DNA of 63,460 bases, taken from the NCBI GenBank assembly GCA_025786725.1, contig JAHLTZ010000067.1, positions 1-63,460 of the forward strand. The letters run 5' to 3'. Both the position numbers and the translations under genes were made by a program. The first letter of the stretch is position 1, and every line of letters starts with the position of its first letter. Shown here in pieces: positions 50,844-63,460 of the stretch. Under the pieces are notes generated by a model. It had not been told where the DNA came from and did not search any database. It saw only the letters and a program-made list of their open reading frames with translations. This stretch comes from Syncephalis fuscata S228 (lineage: Eukaryota > Fungi > Zoopagomycota).

Positions 50844-53800
50844 TAAATGACTCTATCATTTGTTTATCGATTGTTTGATTAAAACGTTTGCTTGTCTAAC
50901 TATGATAATAAGTAGTTTTGATGTCAATTGACATTATTATTATCAATTCACTTATATTAACAACACAACGTATAATCTACGTCACTATTTTTTTTACACT
51001 TGACAGTATATATCCACAGCATATACTTTTACATACCATATATGCTACACAAATGGTATCGATAATAATCTAACTATTAGTTAAATTCGAACACTTTCTA
51101 CATTAATCTCTTGCAAATTACTTTCATCACTTCGATTATTGACGTTATCATCTTTATTGATACAACAAGTACATTTCTAGCTTGTTTTTATGTTATGTTG
51201 AGTATACGATGTAAAATCTCATTTTATACTTTGCTCTTACTATAAATTGCCATTACTATTCATTTAGCAACAACATTGCAATTTCAACATTGGCAGTGCG
51301 ATTTGTTACTACAAACTGAAAAAACCGTTGTTAGTACGATCTGCAGTGACAATCTATGATAAATTAGAAAATAAGGCAGCTTTGGCAACATGTAGTCTGT
51401 ATGCTATATACTAGTATATGTGCTTATATATGATCGTAATAAGTAATAAGTTAATATTAAATTGCTAAATATCATGATTCATTGTTCTATTACAATTAGT
51501 ATATAAGTAAATGGTAATAGCAACAATATTAATCTATATTATTGTTGTTACTGTAAAGTATGCAAAAAATTATATTTCAAATTCCTATGCCACTCATTGT
51601 TCAGCTTCATGTTCAATAAACGAATGTTTAGTTTGATAAAATATAATATTATTTAATGTAGTAATTTGACCATTAAATCATACTAAATTGCTAATGAATT
51701 GTAATAAAAGGCATAAATAAAAAAATCATTGATGTTATTGTCTGCATGGATAGTGTATAAATGTATTAAATGGAATTGTAATCTAGCTATTTAAGTATCA
51801 ATAGCTTTCCAATCAAATAAATAATGACTGTTTAATCTTAAAACAAATACCAAGCATAACATTAAATAAACAACAGCAAAAGTTATTATCATAAGATGCT
51901 GTTACTTTAATAAACACGCCATATATTTCTTTATTGAAATCATTTCAGTTCAATGTAAATACATACATCTCTTTGTTGCCACTATCACATCATTTATTTA
52001 ACCAATACATTTAACAAACGTGCAATAACAATACCAATTAACACTTGACTGGATAAAAATCAAATGAATATATTCCCCTCCATTTGAACAACCATGCCAA
52101 GCGATGACACCAACAACAACGTGTAATACTGCTGTTGATACTTGTGCCAATAAAGGCAATAATTGGTATTGTAAACTACATGCAAAAATGATAAAAGGTG
52201 TTGATAAGTGCAGTCCAGATATATTTGTTGATTTGGCACAAATATTTAAATGATTATAGCAAGTATTTGTTAGTAATAAAATACTTACATCTGGTTGATT
52301 GTTGTTCGTATATAAGTTATAAAACACATTTAAAATAATTCTTTTGTTGTTTGGATATTGTTATTATCTGTTATGCAATACTATAAATAAATGTAAAAGT
52401 AGTTAAAAATTGTTAAAAGTTGTTAATCATGATGATCAGCTAATATAGAAACTATGCGTCCACCTGGAATACTGGCAATACTACGACTTGGGCGTAAGTA
52501 ACAGTTGTCAGAAGCACATAGCCCTATACTAGCTTCCTATCAGGATGACAATACGGTTTATTAAACGATATGATATGCAGCAATAAACATCACTGGACTA
52601 CTGGTTCACCCAATTGTAGCTAGTGTGTAAAGCTAAGCGTATAAACACCGCTGCATACTACGATTAAAAACGAATATTGCCAAATGCTGCAGCATTATTA
52701 AATGGTTACAACATAATAGCTAATCTTTACCACGCTGTAACCAACTGCAGAAATACCATTAACAATCCGCGCAGAAGTTCTAGCACAAGGTGGCTCTTTC
52801 ATAACACTGCGGTAGCGACGCGGCATTTTATCCGATATTTGAGACTAGTATTATGTTGCACTTCATTTAATAACGCCCACAAGTAAACAGTAAACGACAT
52901 GTAATTGTCTACAAAGATGATTACATATCACATCTGGCCTAGTGTGTGATGATAGTGTTCAGCAAGTCGGAAACCGCTACACACCTCCAGCGCGCGTTTA
53001 AAACAAGTGGGCACTAGCGTATGGCCACCCATTACAGGTGCGCCGCATCGGCATGAGGTGAGTTACAACAGCGATATTTAACTTGCTAAATATCGCTGCC
53101 GAAACCCCAAAAGTTCCACATGCATCCGCACTACACTAGTATACATTCGCCTATTACAGGCAACCATACAATATTAATCTTAGTATAATGCAATAGTCTG
53201 CAATATCGCATTATACATACAATACTGCCCACAAGCAGTACACAGTATTCCATGGTCAACCAACAAGGGGACCACACACCACTGGATGTGACTACTATTC
53301 CTGATGCATACCATTAACAAACAGCTTACAGTATATTAACAACTGGAAACAGGAGAAGGCGAGGTAATGAGCAAAAGTAATTATTGCACACCTTTATGAG
53401 TTTGGTCTAAGACATGCCTACCAATTAGAATGCATAATATTGGTAAATAGTACGTGGTAGCTGCTCATTGGCGTATTGCAACTGACTGAAACCTTCTAAT
53501 GTCAGATACCATCTTATCAGTATATTGGATTATAATCCCTTCCTTATTTCCATATTTGCTCACTTTTTGCCTTCCATTTGCCGGTCATTTCCGCGCATAA
53601 TCAGCATATCTACACTGGCTAGTTGAATCAATTGGCCAATGCAACTGAAACATAGCCAAATACAACCATTCTTAATCAGTTGTACCACTATAATAGCGGC
53701 TCTTTCCGATGCTATCAATATTTTCAGGGTCTAGCGGGTATTTTTGCTTTCCCCCAAGTATTCTTGCCATTCGCACACAATTAAATCAGTCGATCCACAC

Positions 53801-54385
53801 AATTTATTACTGTATTAGTTAAATAAAAATGACTACTTTTCTTTAGAAATATGGTCTATAAAATAATTCACCGATTGAGTTTCAATGCTACTAAATAGAA
53901 ATAAAATACACGTTGTTCATATTACATTACAAAGTCCGTTAAAGTTATGAAGTAAAAGCAGGAATAAACACGTAACCATATTGACTGCAAAGGCCAACAT
54001 GAAAACCAGTATGATGTGGCACATGCATGCTTAGCCAAGTGACTATGCAAATACCGATGTGTGCAATAGTTTGCTATACAGCTTAGGACTGAGCTATAGC
54101 ATCAGTAAGCAGAACATACTACAGCGGATGTAGAATTAGTGTATATGTACAATAAAGTATTATTATTATTTTATTACTTTCAATACTGACTGATATTATA
54201 CTATTATAAGCGTATTTAAGTCGATTCAATTTATTGTTACAATTGTCTAAAAAACAGATGGCACTATTTAACGTGGGCCAAACATATATTTTGTTTTAAG
54301 CATTGTCGCTATTGCACTTTCATCTTTTGTTTCTTTGCTTTAACAATTACTCATTTCCATTGTTTTTACTTGATATCTTACAACC

Positions 54386-56922
54386 ATGAATCCTTCAAAC
54401 GAGCAACAAGCGGCGACTCCAGCTTCTGAGTCCACCTCCTCAAACTCACGCTCAGCCTCGCCTGTCGCGGCTCTTTCTACCGCCACATTGCCATCGGCCT
54501 TTTAGGCAATGGCAAAGCATTCTACGCAAAGATTCCGGTTTGCTGGGATGCTTTGACGCAAGAAGAGCGCAATAGCGCTGTAGGCTGGCTTGAAGTATAT
54601 GGAGAAGAGCCTCAAGGTATGTTGGAATGATACTAAACGTATATGTATCTAAATAATAGCTGCTTAGAATTCATTTTGATGGCTAACCAAAAGTTCATTG
54701 TTGGTGCCGACCAACAGTGGTAAGTAACAATAAACTTATGTATAGTAGCAAACTAACAATATGCCAAATCTTCAATAGTGACTACCAGTTAAGTGTGGCT
54801 GATATGCCACAGGTCTGCTTTGCAGTATCGGCAGTAAGTATATCATACACTTTAATAGCTAATCATTAACTATGAATCATCATAGGACCATACAACAGTC
54901 TCATGCACGGTAAGTAATAACTATTTAACATTTTTATTACTAACTAGTAAATTAGAACATGGGATTGCCGACTTTAATGAGTAAGTTTTAATAAGTAATA
55001 GAAATCAAATTATTAACGTTTAATTTAGTGAATAATCATGAGGTAGTTCAAAATGAAGTAGATCAAGATACAGATAAATGCTTCATTAAGATTCCAGGCT
55101 GCAAAAGTAAGTACCGATTGTTTAATATTATTGCTATTAACAACATTTATTGCAGCTACATTTACGGCTTATAATCTTAAACTGGCTATCAGCTCGCCAG
55201 AAGAATATAATTTAAATTATATTTTAGTAAGTTTACAAATGCAATTAGATAGTAGAATAACACACATATTGCTACCATAGAACGCTCATTCTTATTATGA
55301 AATTACGAGCGATGCTCTTGGGCAGTAAGTATTTAGACCAGTAAGACAACTAGATAGCTAACTATTTATAACAGCGGCTCCTTTGGCACGGTGCATCTAG
55401 CATTGAATCGCAACACAGGCCAACGTGTTGCGGTTAAGGTCTCATTACACCGTAATAATGAAGACCGCATTGCAAATGAGCTTGCCGCCTTACGTAGCGT
55501 AAGAAACGACACTCATTTCGCAACGTTGCTAGATCAAATAGGCACTCCCAACAAAATGTACTTGATTCTTAAGTACATGGCCGGCGGCGATCTGGCTGGC
55601 TACGTCAGCCGCCATGGACCTCTTCCAGAGATGGAAGTAAAACATATCTTTAAGCAGCTATTCGAAGGTGCTCAGGTAAGTACTACTATAATTAATAATT
55701 AAAATACTAATACTGCATTAGATTTTACACAATCTGAATATTGCTCATGGCGGTAAGTAAACATGCATTTATATTACAATTATTAATTATGGCTATTATT
55801 ATCACATAATTAGACATCAAGGTAATTTATTTATTTAACATTATGCAGCATTGCTAACAATCAAATAGCCACGCAATATATTGTTAGCTGCAGACTGTGA
55901 GCGCCCTGAAGTCGTGTATACGGACTTTGGGGAAGCCCAGTTTATAGATTCTCATATGCCGTATGTTTATTGCGGCACCGTGCCATACATAGCACCCGAG
56001 GTGGTGTTGGCATCAATTATGCGACAAAATCTATTGTCAATTGCACTAGGCGACGAGGATAATGAGTTTCGCAACCAGCTAAACTCGTCAACTGTCAGTG
56101 GGTATGGCACCCCCATTGACATGTGGAGCCTAGGCGTAATGCTCTACGAGTTGTTAACAGGTAAGTGCAAACAAAAACAAAATGTCATACTAACTATTTT
56201 ATGCTGCAATTAGGCCATTATCCTTATAATAATCGGCATGGCGTTTTTGGATACATGAAGAATGTATTGACAACGACGCTTAATGTGGAGCAGACAAATC
56301 AACTCAGCAATGAAGGTAAGTTGAATATTTATTTACTAACAATAGCTAACATTGCGCAGCTATTGATTTGATAACGCGGCTACTGACCATTGATAGTAGC
56401 ACGCGTTATACAGCAGAAGACGCGCTGGTTTGCCACTGGTTTGATGAGGAGGAGCAAGTGGATGCAGATGCACCACTTAATGTCGTTTCTTTAAATGAAG
56501 AAGAACCAGAAGCATCAACGGCATCACCACCAACAACACCACCACCACCACCAACGACACCAACAACAACACCACCTCCACCAATAACACCAATAACAAC
56601 ACCAATAACAACACCAATAACAACACCATCACCAATAACAACACCAACAACACCACCATCACCAATAACAACACCAATAACAACACCATCACCACCAACG
56701 ACACCAGCAACACCACCATCACCAACACCAATGCCATCACCACCGCCACCAACAACAACACAAGCAGCATTTGGGCCAACAACAAAGAAGCAGCGGCTAG
56801 CGCCTAAGCTTTTACAGCGACGCCGCCTAAAGCGCCAATGCTACTCAAAATACAAATCACAAGGTGCTGCCAAACGGTCAATTCCCTTCCGAAAATGCCG
56901 CCTCAATAAAGGTGCATATTAG
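54386..56922 (+). CDS. Ser/Thr protein kinase (CAMK group, Chk2/Mek1-like layout with a degenerate FHA-like N-terminus), intron-rich, with a frameshift in exon 1
   Basis: The spliced product has LGHGSFGTV, VAVK, HGDIKPRN, DFG, CGTVPYIAPE and DMWSLGV, plus a Pro/Thr-repeat tail. Exon 1 needs one extra T at ~54500-54503 to stay open. Confidence 0.75.
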
Positions 56923-59200
56923 TTAAAGGTAAGAACTCATTAACAATCAATCAAATCATAATGCTAACTATCTAATATACTTAGTTGCTTTACATCATCT
57001 ATTCATTGCTTATATGGTACCAATAAATATTGTGAATATTCTTTTATTTAGTATATAAATCATCGTTTCATTTTCTACAATGTAATAAAACTAACATGTT
57101 TTATTTTAATGACTTTTATTCTTTTAATACATTCGCCATTATACTGAAGCTACGTTCTATAATAATGAGTGTTTTTTGGGTGTAAATGATTTTATTTTTT
57201 TAATACATTCGCCATTATACTGAAGCTACGTTCTATAATAATGAGTAGTTTTGGTGTCAAATGACTTTTATTCTTGATGCATTTATTCATTTACTATTAA
57301 TCTGTTCTATGATGTATTGACATGTTGGGTAAATTGACTTTTATTATTTACACTCCGTTTATTAATAAGTCAAACTCGGCTGTTTATAAATATTGACTGA
57401 CTGACTCACATCTCACAATCTACGTCATCACATTTTCTTTCTCTTTCTTTACACTTGATAACATGTATACATTGTATATACTTGTGCACTCCATATATAC
57501 TATTTAGATAGTATCAGTAGTTGGCTGAATATTAGTCAAGTAAATAGTGTAGAGGGTGTTTGTACTTGCATTGCTCTTTTGTAATCTGACCTTTTTTATA
57601 AATCACTTTCTTCACTTCGATCATTGGTGTTAACAACTTTTATTGACACGGTAGGTGCATTTCTGACTTGTTTTATGTTATCTCGAGCATATACTGTAAA
57701 ATCTTGTTGTATGCTTTGTTTTATTATGGATCGCCATTGCAGATCATCTGGCAACAACTTAGCAATCTCAACAGTGACAGTGCAATATGCTACTGCCAGG
57801 GCTGTAGAAAGCTGCTGTTAGTACGATCTGTGGTAGCAATCTATAACAAACTAAAGGATACAATAAATTTTGTAGCATATAACTACCACATTGATTCTAC
57901 ATCAATCCTGTGCATATATAGCAATGGCAATATTGAAAGTACTGCTAGTATGGTTGTTGAACAAGTCTTCAACGCCGATACAGCAATGTAATCCGCTACT
58001 ATTGCTACTACTGTGTGTGCACAATTACCAGCATAATGACCGCACTGGATATGTACTGTTACTTCTTTACTAATAGAATGTTATATATGTGTACTGGATA
58101 TATGCATACTGGATAATGGATCTACAGTGATGAGTATTTATAATTGATGTCACTCACCGCTCATCATCATGTTCAATAAATTGGTTATTATTAGATATCA
58201 GCCATTTGACCACCAGAAAACAACAAATGTGATAATGTAATGATTAAATAAAACTCACCACTTGTCCCCATGTTCAAGAGAACGAAAATGTAGTTCAGCT
58301 ACGCGAATGTTATTAAATAAATTCATTTGACCTCAAATCACACTAAATGGGTAATAAATTGTTTAATAGTGAAGAAATAAACCAACATATAATAATAGCA
58401 TAATACGAATCAATGGTTAAACAAAAATATGCCATTTAAAAAGGACTGTAGATAGACTAGTCATTGTTAAATAAAAGACTCAACCTTTAGATGGCAGTAG
58501 TACTTTGCATTATCGCTGATGGTCAATCACAATGATTTTATAACAAAAGCTTTTAGTAAAGCTGAGAGATTAGTAAAAAGATAATGAATTATTTGTAAAT
58601 AATAACAGAAAGAAATAACTAGTGGTTATATTGTTGCTTGGCCATGTGGCAATATAATCGTTATTTAGATTGATAAATGGTTAATAGTCGTATTATGACA
58701 ATAATTGCCTTATTAATAGGCACCTTTGGTGATGTGCATTAGTAGACACGTCATTGTGGTATATAATAATGTGTAAAAGATGTAAAACTGTCCATAATCG
58801 TGACAAAAGTTCTATTGTTGATATAAAGTACGCAATACAGTCAAAATGATACACCGACATTACTTCATTCAATACTTGTTTGTATAAAGGCGACTAATAA
58901 TATCAATGAAAAGTATATATGATAATTATAGGTAGGATAGGCACTGAGTGCAATACAATAAGTGGCACATTCAATAATGATATTAATAAATGAGAAAAGC
59001 ACGAAACGACTGTCACAAATGAATGTGTACTAATCATTATTCTATTTACTAACCAGAGCCAGCTGGCAGACAAATAGAATAAAGACAAAGGCAGACAGGT
59101 AGGCAGACGAATATATAAATGAATAGATAGAAGGGTGGATGGGTAGAAAGATAGATAGCTTGGTAGTATAGACTGTAGCCAAGGGATAGGTGTGGTATCA

Positions 59201-60126
59201 TTACAGGATAGTGCACTTCTTTCGACGAGATTTACCATGAGTACCATTTTGTTTACCGGTACCTAGTATGCCGCCTGCACGTCGTACTTCGCGTACCAAT
59301 GCATAGAATGCCTCATCTACATTGTCGGCAGTCTTTGCACTCGTTTCAAGGAATGGACAACGCCATTCGGCTGCCAATTTCCTGCCTTCATCGGTTGACA
59401 CTTCGCGCTCATGGCTGATGTCCGTCTTATTACCAATTAGAACAATAGGTACGTCACGATCATCAGCCGCGCCTTTTACATGGAGAATCTGTTCGCGCCG
59501 TTCAGCCAACTCTTCAAATGATCCTTTTGAAGTAACCGCGTAGACAAGAAGAAAGCCTTCACCACGCTTCATGTACATATCGTACAATGCGGTGAATTGT
59601 TCGGTACCGGCCGTGTCGATAATTTCAAGCAAACAAGGCAGTTCATCGACCTGAAGTGCACGTCGGAAGCAGTCTTCTATAGTTGGATCGTAAAATTCAA
59701 TGAAAAGTCCTTGGACAAATTGAATCGTCTATAATAAAACAAAAGAAGTGTAAAAAGATGATAAATGATTAGTATTGATATTTCTATTAATAATAGTATA
59801 TTCATCATTAATACTATTTCATTTCTATTGGAAAATGGTCATTACTATATTAAATACAGGATTAAATACAAAAATTCAATACAATCTATACAATGCCATG
59901 TAAACAAGTAAAAAAAAACACCCACAGCAAAACCACATGGCACCCACATGGCTATACATAAATAACTGAATGATTACAGCTATAGATAATTACTACAATT
60001 ATCTATGACTATGCTTATTATACCAACAGTAACGCCATCTAATTGCACAATCTGACATTCTCTACTTACTAGGGCAGATTTTCCAACACCACCTGAACCA
60101 AATACTACTAGCTGAATAGTTTCCAT
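59201..60126 (-). CDS. Rap/Rsr1-type Ras-family small GTPase, two exons
   Basis: GSGGVGKS, YDPTIED, DTAGTEQF (Thr at the Ras Q61 position indicates Rap/Rsr1), NKTD, ETSAK and CaaX CTIL. Confidence 0.92.
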
Positions 60127-60934
60127 AGCGCTATAGACAGTAATAGGTTAGTTAATCAATCAATGGTGAGTCAAATAGTAAGACGCCGAATAGATGGCAC
60201 CACTTCTTCACTTACTACTATGAATCAAAGCAGATGAATAGCCCGGTCCAATATAGATAGCGTGGCAACGACGAATTAAGCTATCGATGTAAGATGACAA
60301 ATAAGTATGCTAATTCGCTACTTTGCAATAAATGGCTTAGTAGAATTCAAAGTAAGCGAGCGGAGAACAGGTCACAAAGTGGAAGAAGAAGAAGCGAGGC
60401 AAGGCGAGAATAAAAGCATGCGTGCGTGGGTGTGCTTGTGATAGTCTCAGCACTGCACGCATAACATCTTTTATTTTCAAAGACTTTCCTGTTATTACTA
60501 CAAATGGATCGGGTAATTATTACCATCGTTGCTATCTAGTAACTGTAAATCCTTTTTACGCAGCAATGCGATGTTAATAGACGCAGAGAAAAGTGGTTTA
60601 TTTGCACAATAAATTCAAGTAATCAGAGACATTGATAAAAATAAACATAGGTGTTATATTAATTCTGTGTTGTTGTTTGTTGTTATGTTGTTGCATGTCC
60701 ACAAATATAGCCTGTAATTGTTTATAAGCCAGACAAAGTAGCAGTAAGGCGAGACCGGCACGCCTTGCAATTGAATAAACTGATATCCTCAAGGCAAGTC
60801 GCTGGTTTTGTAGTTGATTAAGATAGAAAAGTTAGAGGAAGGACAAAAAACAGCTGTAGACAGATCAACAGATAAGACGTAAAATAAGTCTTTAAGCGCA
60901 AAAGTAACAAAGTAAATGCAGTAATATACATGCA

Positions 60935-62975
60935 TTAACAATGATGTGTTGTCGAAGTTCCATTTGTACGAGCCGTCGTGGATCCTGCATTATGATGTTC
61001 CAAGTTAATAATACCAGTAACGACTGTACGATGGCTGTGGTGCATATCTATGTTGCTAGCATCTGCGCCATCGCTACTATCGCCTAAATCCGGATTGCCC
61101 AGCCCAGCTATCATTCTTGTATCGTTAGTACCGTTCTCGGCTGCTGCTGCCGCCGCCCCTGCCGCCGCCGCTTCTGCTAATAATATGCTAGGCTGTCTTG
61201 TTTGCACCGTTTTACCGAGTAATGCCGTGAGATCAATGCCGGCCGTATTATTGGTATCCATATCCATACCTATTTCATTATTGGCACCGGGACTTGAAGT
61301 GCCATGCAGTAGTGCACTTTGGCCACCGCCTGGCATTTGTACAGGCAAGGCTGTGGTCGTTGCTATGGAGGCCGGCATGCCCACAGAAGTAGGTAGAGCA
61401 TGTGCAGTACTATGCTCATCATTTTCGGCCGCTTCTATATCCGCGTCAGCATCATCGGCACTGCTTAGACCGCCTGTATCCATAGGAATGTCCGATTCAT
61501 CGTCCATCGCGGTATGGTGTGGGAAGTGAAGGCCATGTGCTGTCAATGGCCCTGTATCGTCTGATCTAGCTGGAATAAGTCGCGGCATTTGTGGAGTAGC
61601 TGGCGTAATTGGATCGTTGTTTAGCATAGGATCGACTGGTGTTAATGGCGCAGGAGTTACACGCGAAGAGCGTGAAGTAGATGTACCATCTGGAGGTAGA
61701 TTTAAGCCTAATGCTAATCCAATTGCCGTCATTTCCTCTACTTCCGCCGTTTCATCTTCATCTTCATCAGCTGGCTCTGCCGCTAAATCAACATATGAAC
61801 GACACATTGGACAGCTAAATCCATCAACCGGTTCAAATACAGTGCGGCCACCACGATTTCGTCTTGTTCCTAGTAGCGTGCGGACACATGCATAATGGAA
61901 AGCATGGGCGCATGACGTTAAAAAGAGTGGAGTTCGTCGGAGTGGCAGTAAACAGATACAACAATCGGTTGTTACTGGACCAATAGATAATTGTGGAGTA
62001 AATTCTTGTGGTGCTTTTGTGTCGCCGCCATTTCTACCATCTTTTGGTGCATTTAGAAGATTAGGCGATAATGGAGCCGACGAGCTTTGTGATCTTAATT
62101 GGCGTGATATTGCTTGTGCTTCAACCAATGCCGTAAATGTGGCCATTCGAAGTGCCGTGCTGGCAACTGAGCGACGATTAAGCTCCACACGCATTCGAAC
62201 ACATCGGTAAATTTCTTCTTCTCCGCCACGGTACTCCACTCCTAATTGCAAACAATCGCCGTCACGTAGACGATGAGCATCGCTGCGTATGTTTTGTGCA
62301 GATAGTCTGCTATGGTTGAGAAAAGTGCCCGATGAACTAGAAGTGTCACGGATATAAAACTAAATGATAAAATAAATAGAAAATAAAGTTAGTTTTATAT
62401 TATATATTAAATAAATAAAATTAACAAATTAACAAATAAATAATAAATAAGTTCAAGTTACAATAAACAATAATACTATTAATTAAATAGTAATTATTAT
62501 TATTACTGACTCGACTGAAACATTAATATTGGCCGTTATGAATACTTGCCTTGCCATCTTCTACCCAAATTTCTGCATGTGAACGACTAACAACTTTGCT
62601 TTTGAACAAGACATCTTCTGGGGGTGCTGTGCAATTTGTGCCGGCAGCACTAGGGCCAGCCGGAGAGGCCTGTACGCCAGGAGAAGGCAAACCTTCGTTT
62701 TCTGGTGAAGGTTGGTTGCGTTGGTGTCTATTGGTGCGCTCGGTGTAGCGACCAACTTTAACAACAACTCCCGGGGAGATAAAGCGTTCTATGACTGGAA
62801 ACCGCAGCGAGGGAGAAAGAGAAGAGCCGGAAGAGCTGGACGGTGCATTGGTGAGATAAGGTGCCAGCCGTAAATGTGGAATAGAATTGGGCAGCGGAGA
62901 AGTGGCCGTTGCCGGGCCACCTGTATTCGGCGGCGTGCTGGTTGCAAAGGAATTGGTAGTATTTAATGCAGACAT
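60935..62975 (-). CDS. DMA1: FHA-RING-H2 E3 ubiquitin ligase (Dma1/Dma2 family), two exons
   Basis: FHA: VGRY...FKSKVVSRSHAEIW...|FYIRDTSSSSGTFLN. RING-H2: CCICL...CAHAFHYACV...CPMCR. Confidence 0.88.
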
Positions 62976-63460
62976 GGTCCTTCGACCGATAGATGCTCAA
63001 GATGAGTCTAGATGAAACTACTTCGATACAGGTACAAACCGCAATGGCTGATCACGACGTCAATGTATATATGGATTACAGCCAAAGGGTGTTGGCAGCG
63101 TCGAGAGACTGATGACGTTAGAAGCACAGCGGATGATGCGGACTGAAGGCCGTACAAAAAGTGCGTGGTAGCGCAGTAGTGTCGTCGATGTGTAAGCAAG
63201 CAAAGATGGTAGCAAGAGCAGCCACTTAGAAGTGCGCAGGTAGCAGCGAACAAACAGAAAGAAAAATGAGGACGACAAGCGCAGATGGAAAACCAAGTGA
63301 TACTGGGAACGAAGAAGGTCAGGGGACAAATAACGCAAGGCAATCCAAGGTCACAAGCTCAACGCGTCAACATATGAGCAATGCTACACTTCAATAAAAG
63401 TAAACAGGTCGATAGGGAAAGATCAGTTGTGAAAAGAATAAAAGGGGAGCTGAAACATAA

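Noticed and set aside
56477-56785. Very hydrophobic Leu/Val ORF
   Set aside because: Antisense of the ACA/CCA-rich Pro/Thr repeat in the kinase tail.
57122-57246. ~50-bp sequence duplicated at ~75-bp spacing downstream of the kinase
   Set aside because: Two-copy local duplication with no YAG-NNN-GTAAG signals; not a second micro-exon array.
63008-63343. ORFs upstream of the DMA1-like gene
   Set aside because: No recognisable motifs; probably 5' UTR or promoter sequence.

Overview
AT-rich eukaryotic DNA with short (~50-65 nt) GT-AG introns, consistent with an early-diverging fungus (a Zoopagomycota/Syncephalis-like parasite is my inference, not proven). Conserved genes: TGL-type patatin lipase, SEC1, EFG1, LEO1, DUF4112, a triple-PH protein, acyl-CoA dehydrogenase, an FHA-like Ser/Thr kinase, a Rap/Rsr1 GTPase and a DMA1-like FHA-RING ligase. 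They alternate with repeat-rich blocks holding a 2.5-kb 26-bp satellite, a decayed Mutator transposon, non-coding foldback elements, four tRNA genes and a 5S rRNA gene. The main discovery is missed by the ORF track: a minus-strand gene at 35332-36587. It has a signal-peptide exon, then 13 consecutive 3-nt micro-exons separated by related 74-91 nt introns. Splicing all of them gives a 48-aa secreted precursor ending AKCICPTFRCCPDGNN, with 14 consecutive codons each split by an intron. Any exon-skipping pattern keeps frame and creates new hybrid codons. The gene lies in a ~13-kb segment with two other secreted-protein genes, bracketed by outward-facing tRNA genes and 1479-bp inverted repeats. 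Also notable: a 5S rRNA-tRNA-Lys unit with no terminator between the two, one repeat family just 3' of every tRNA gene, and foldback arms showing concerted evolution. All calls are by eye; no searches were run.
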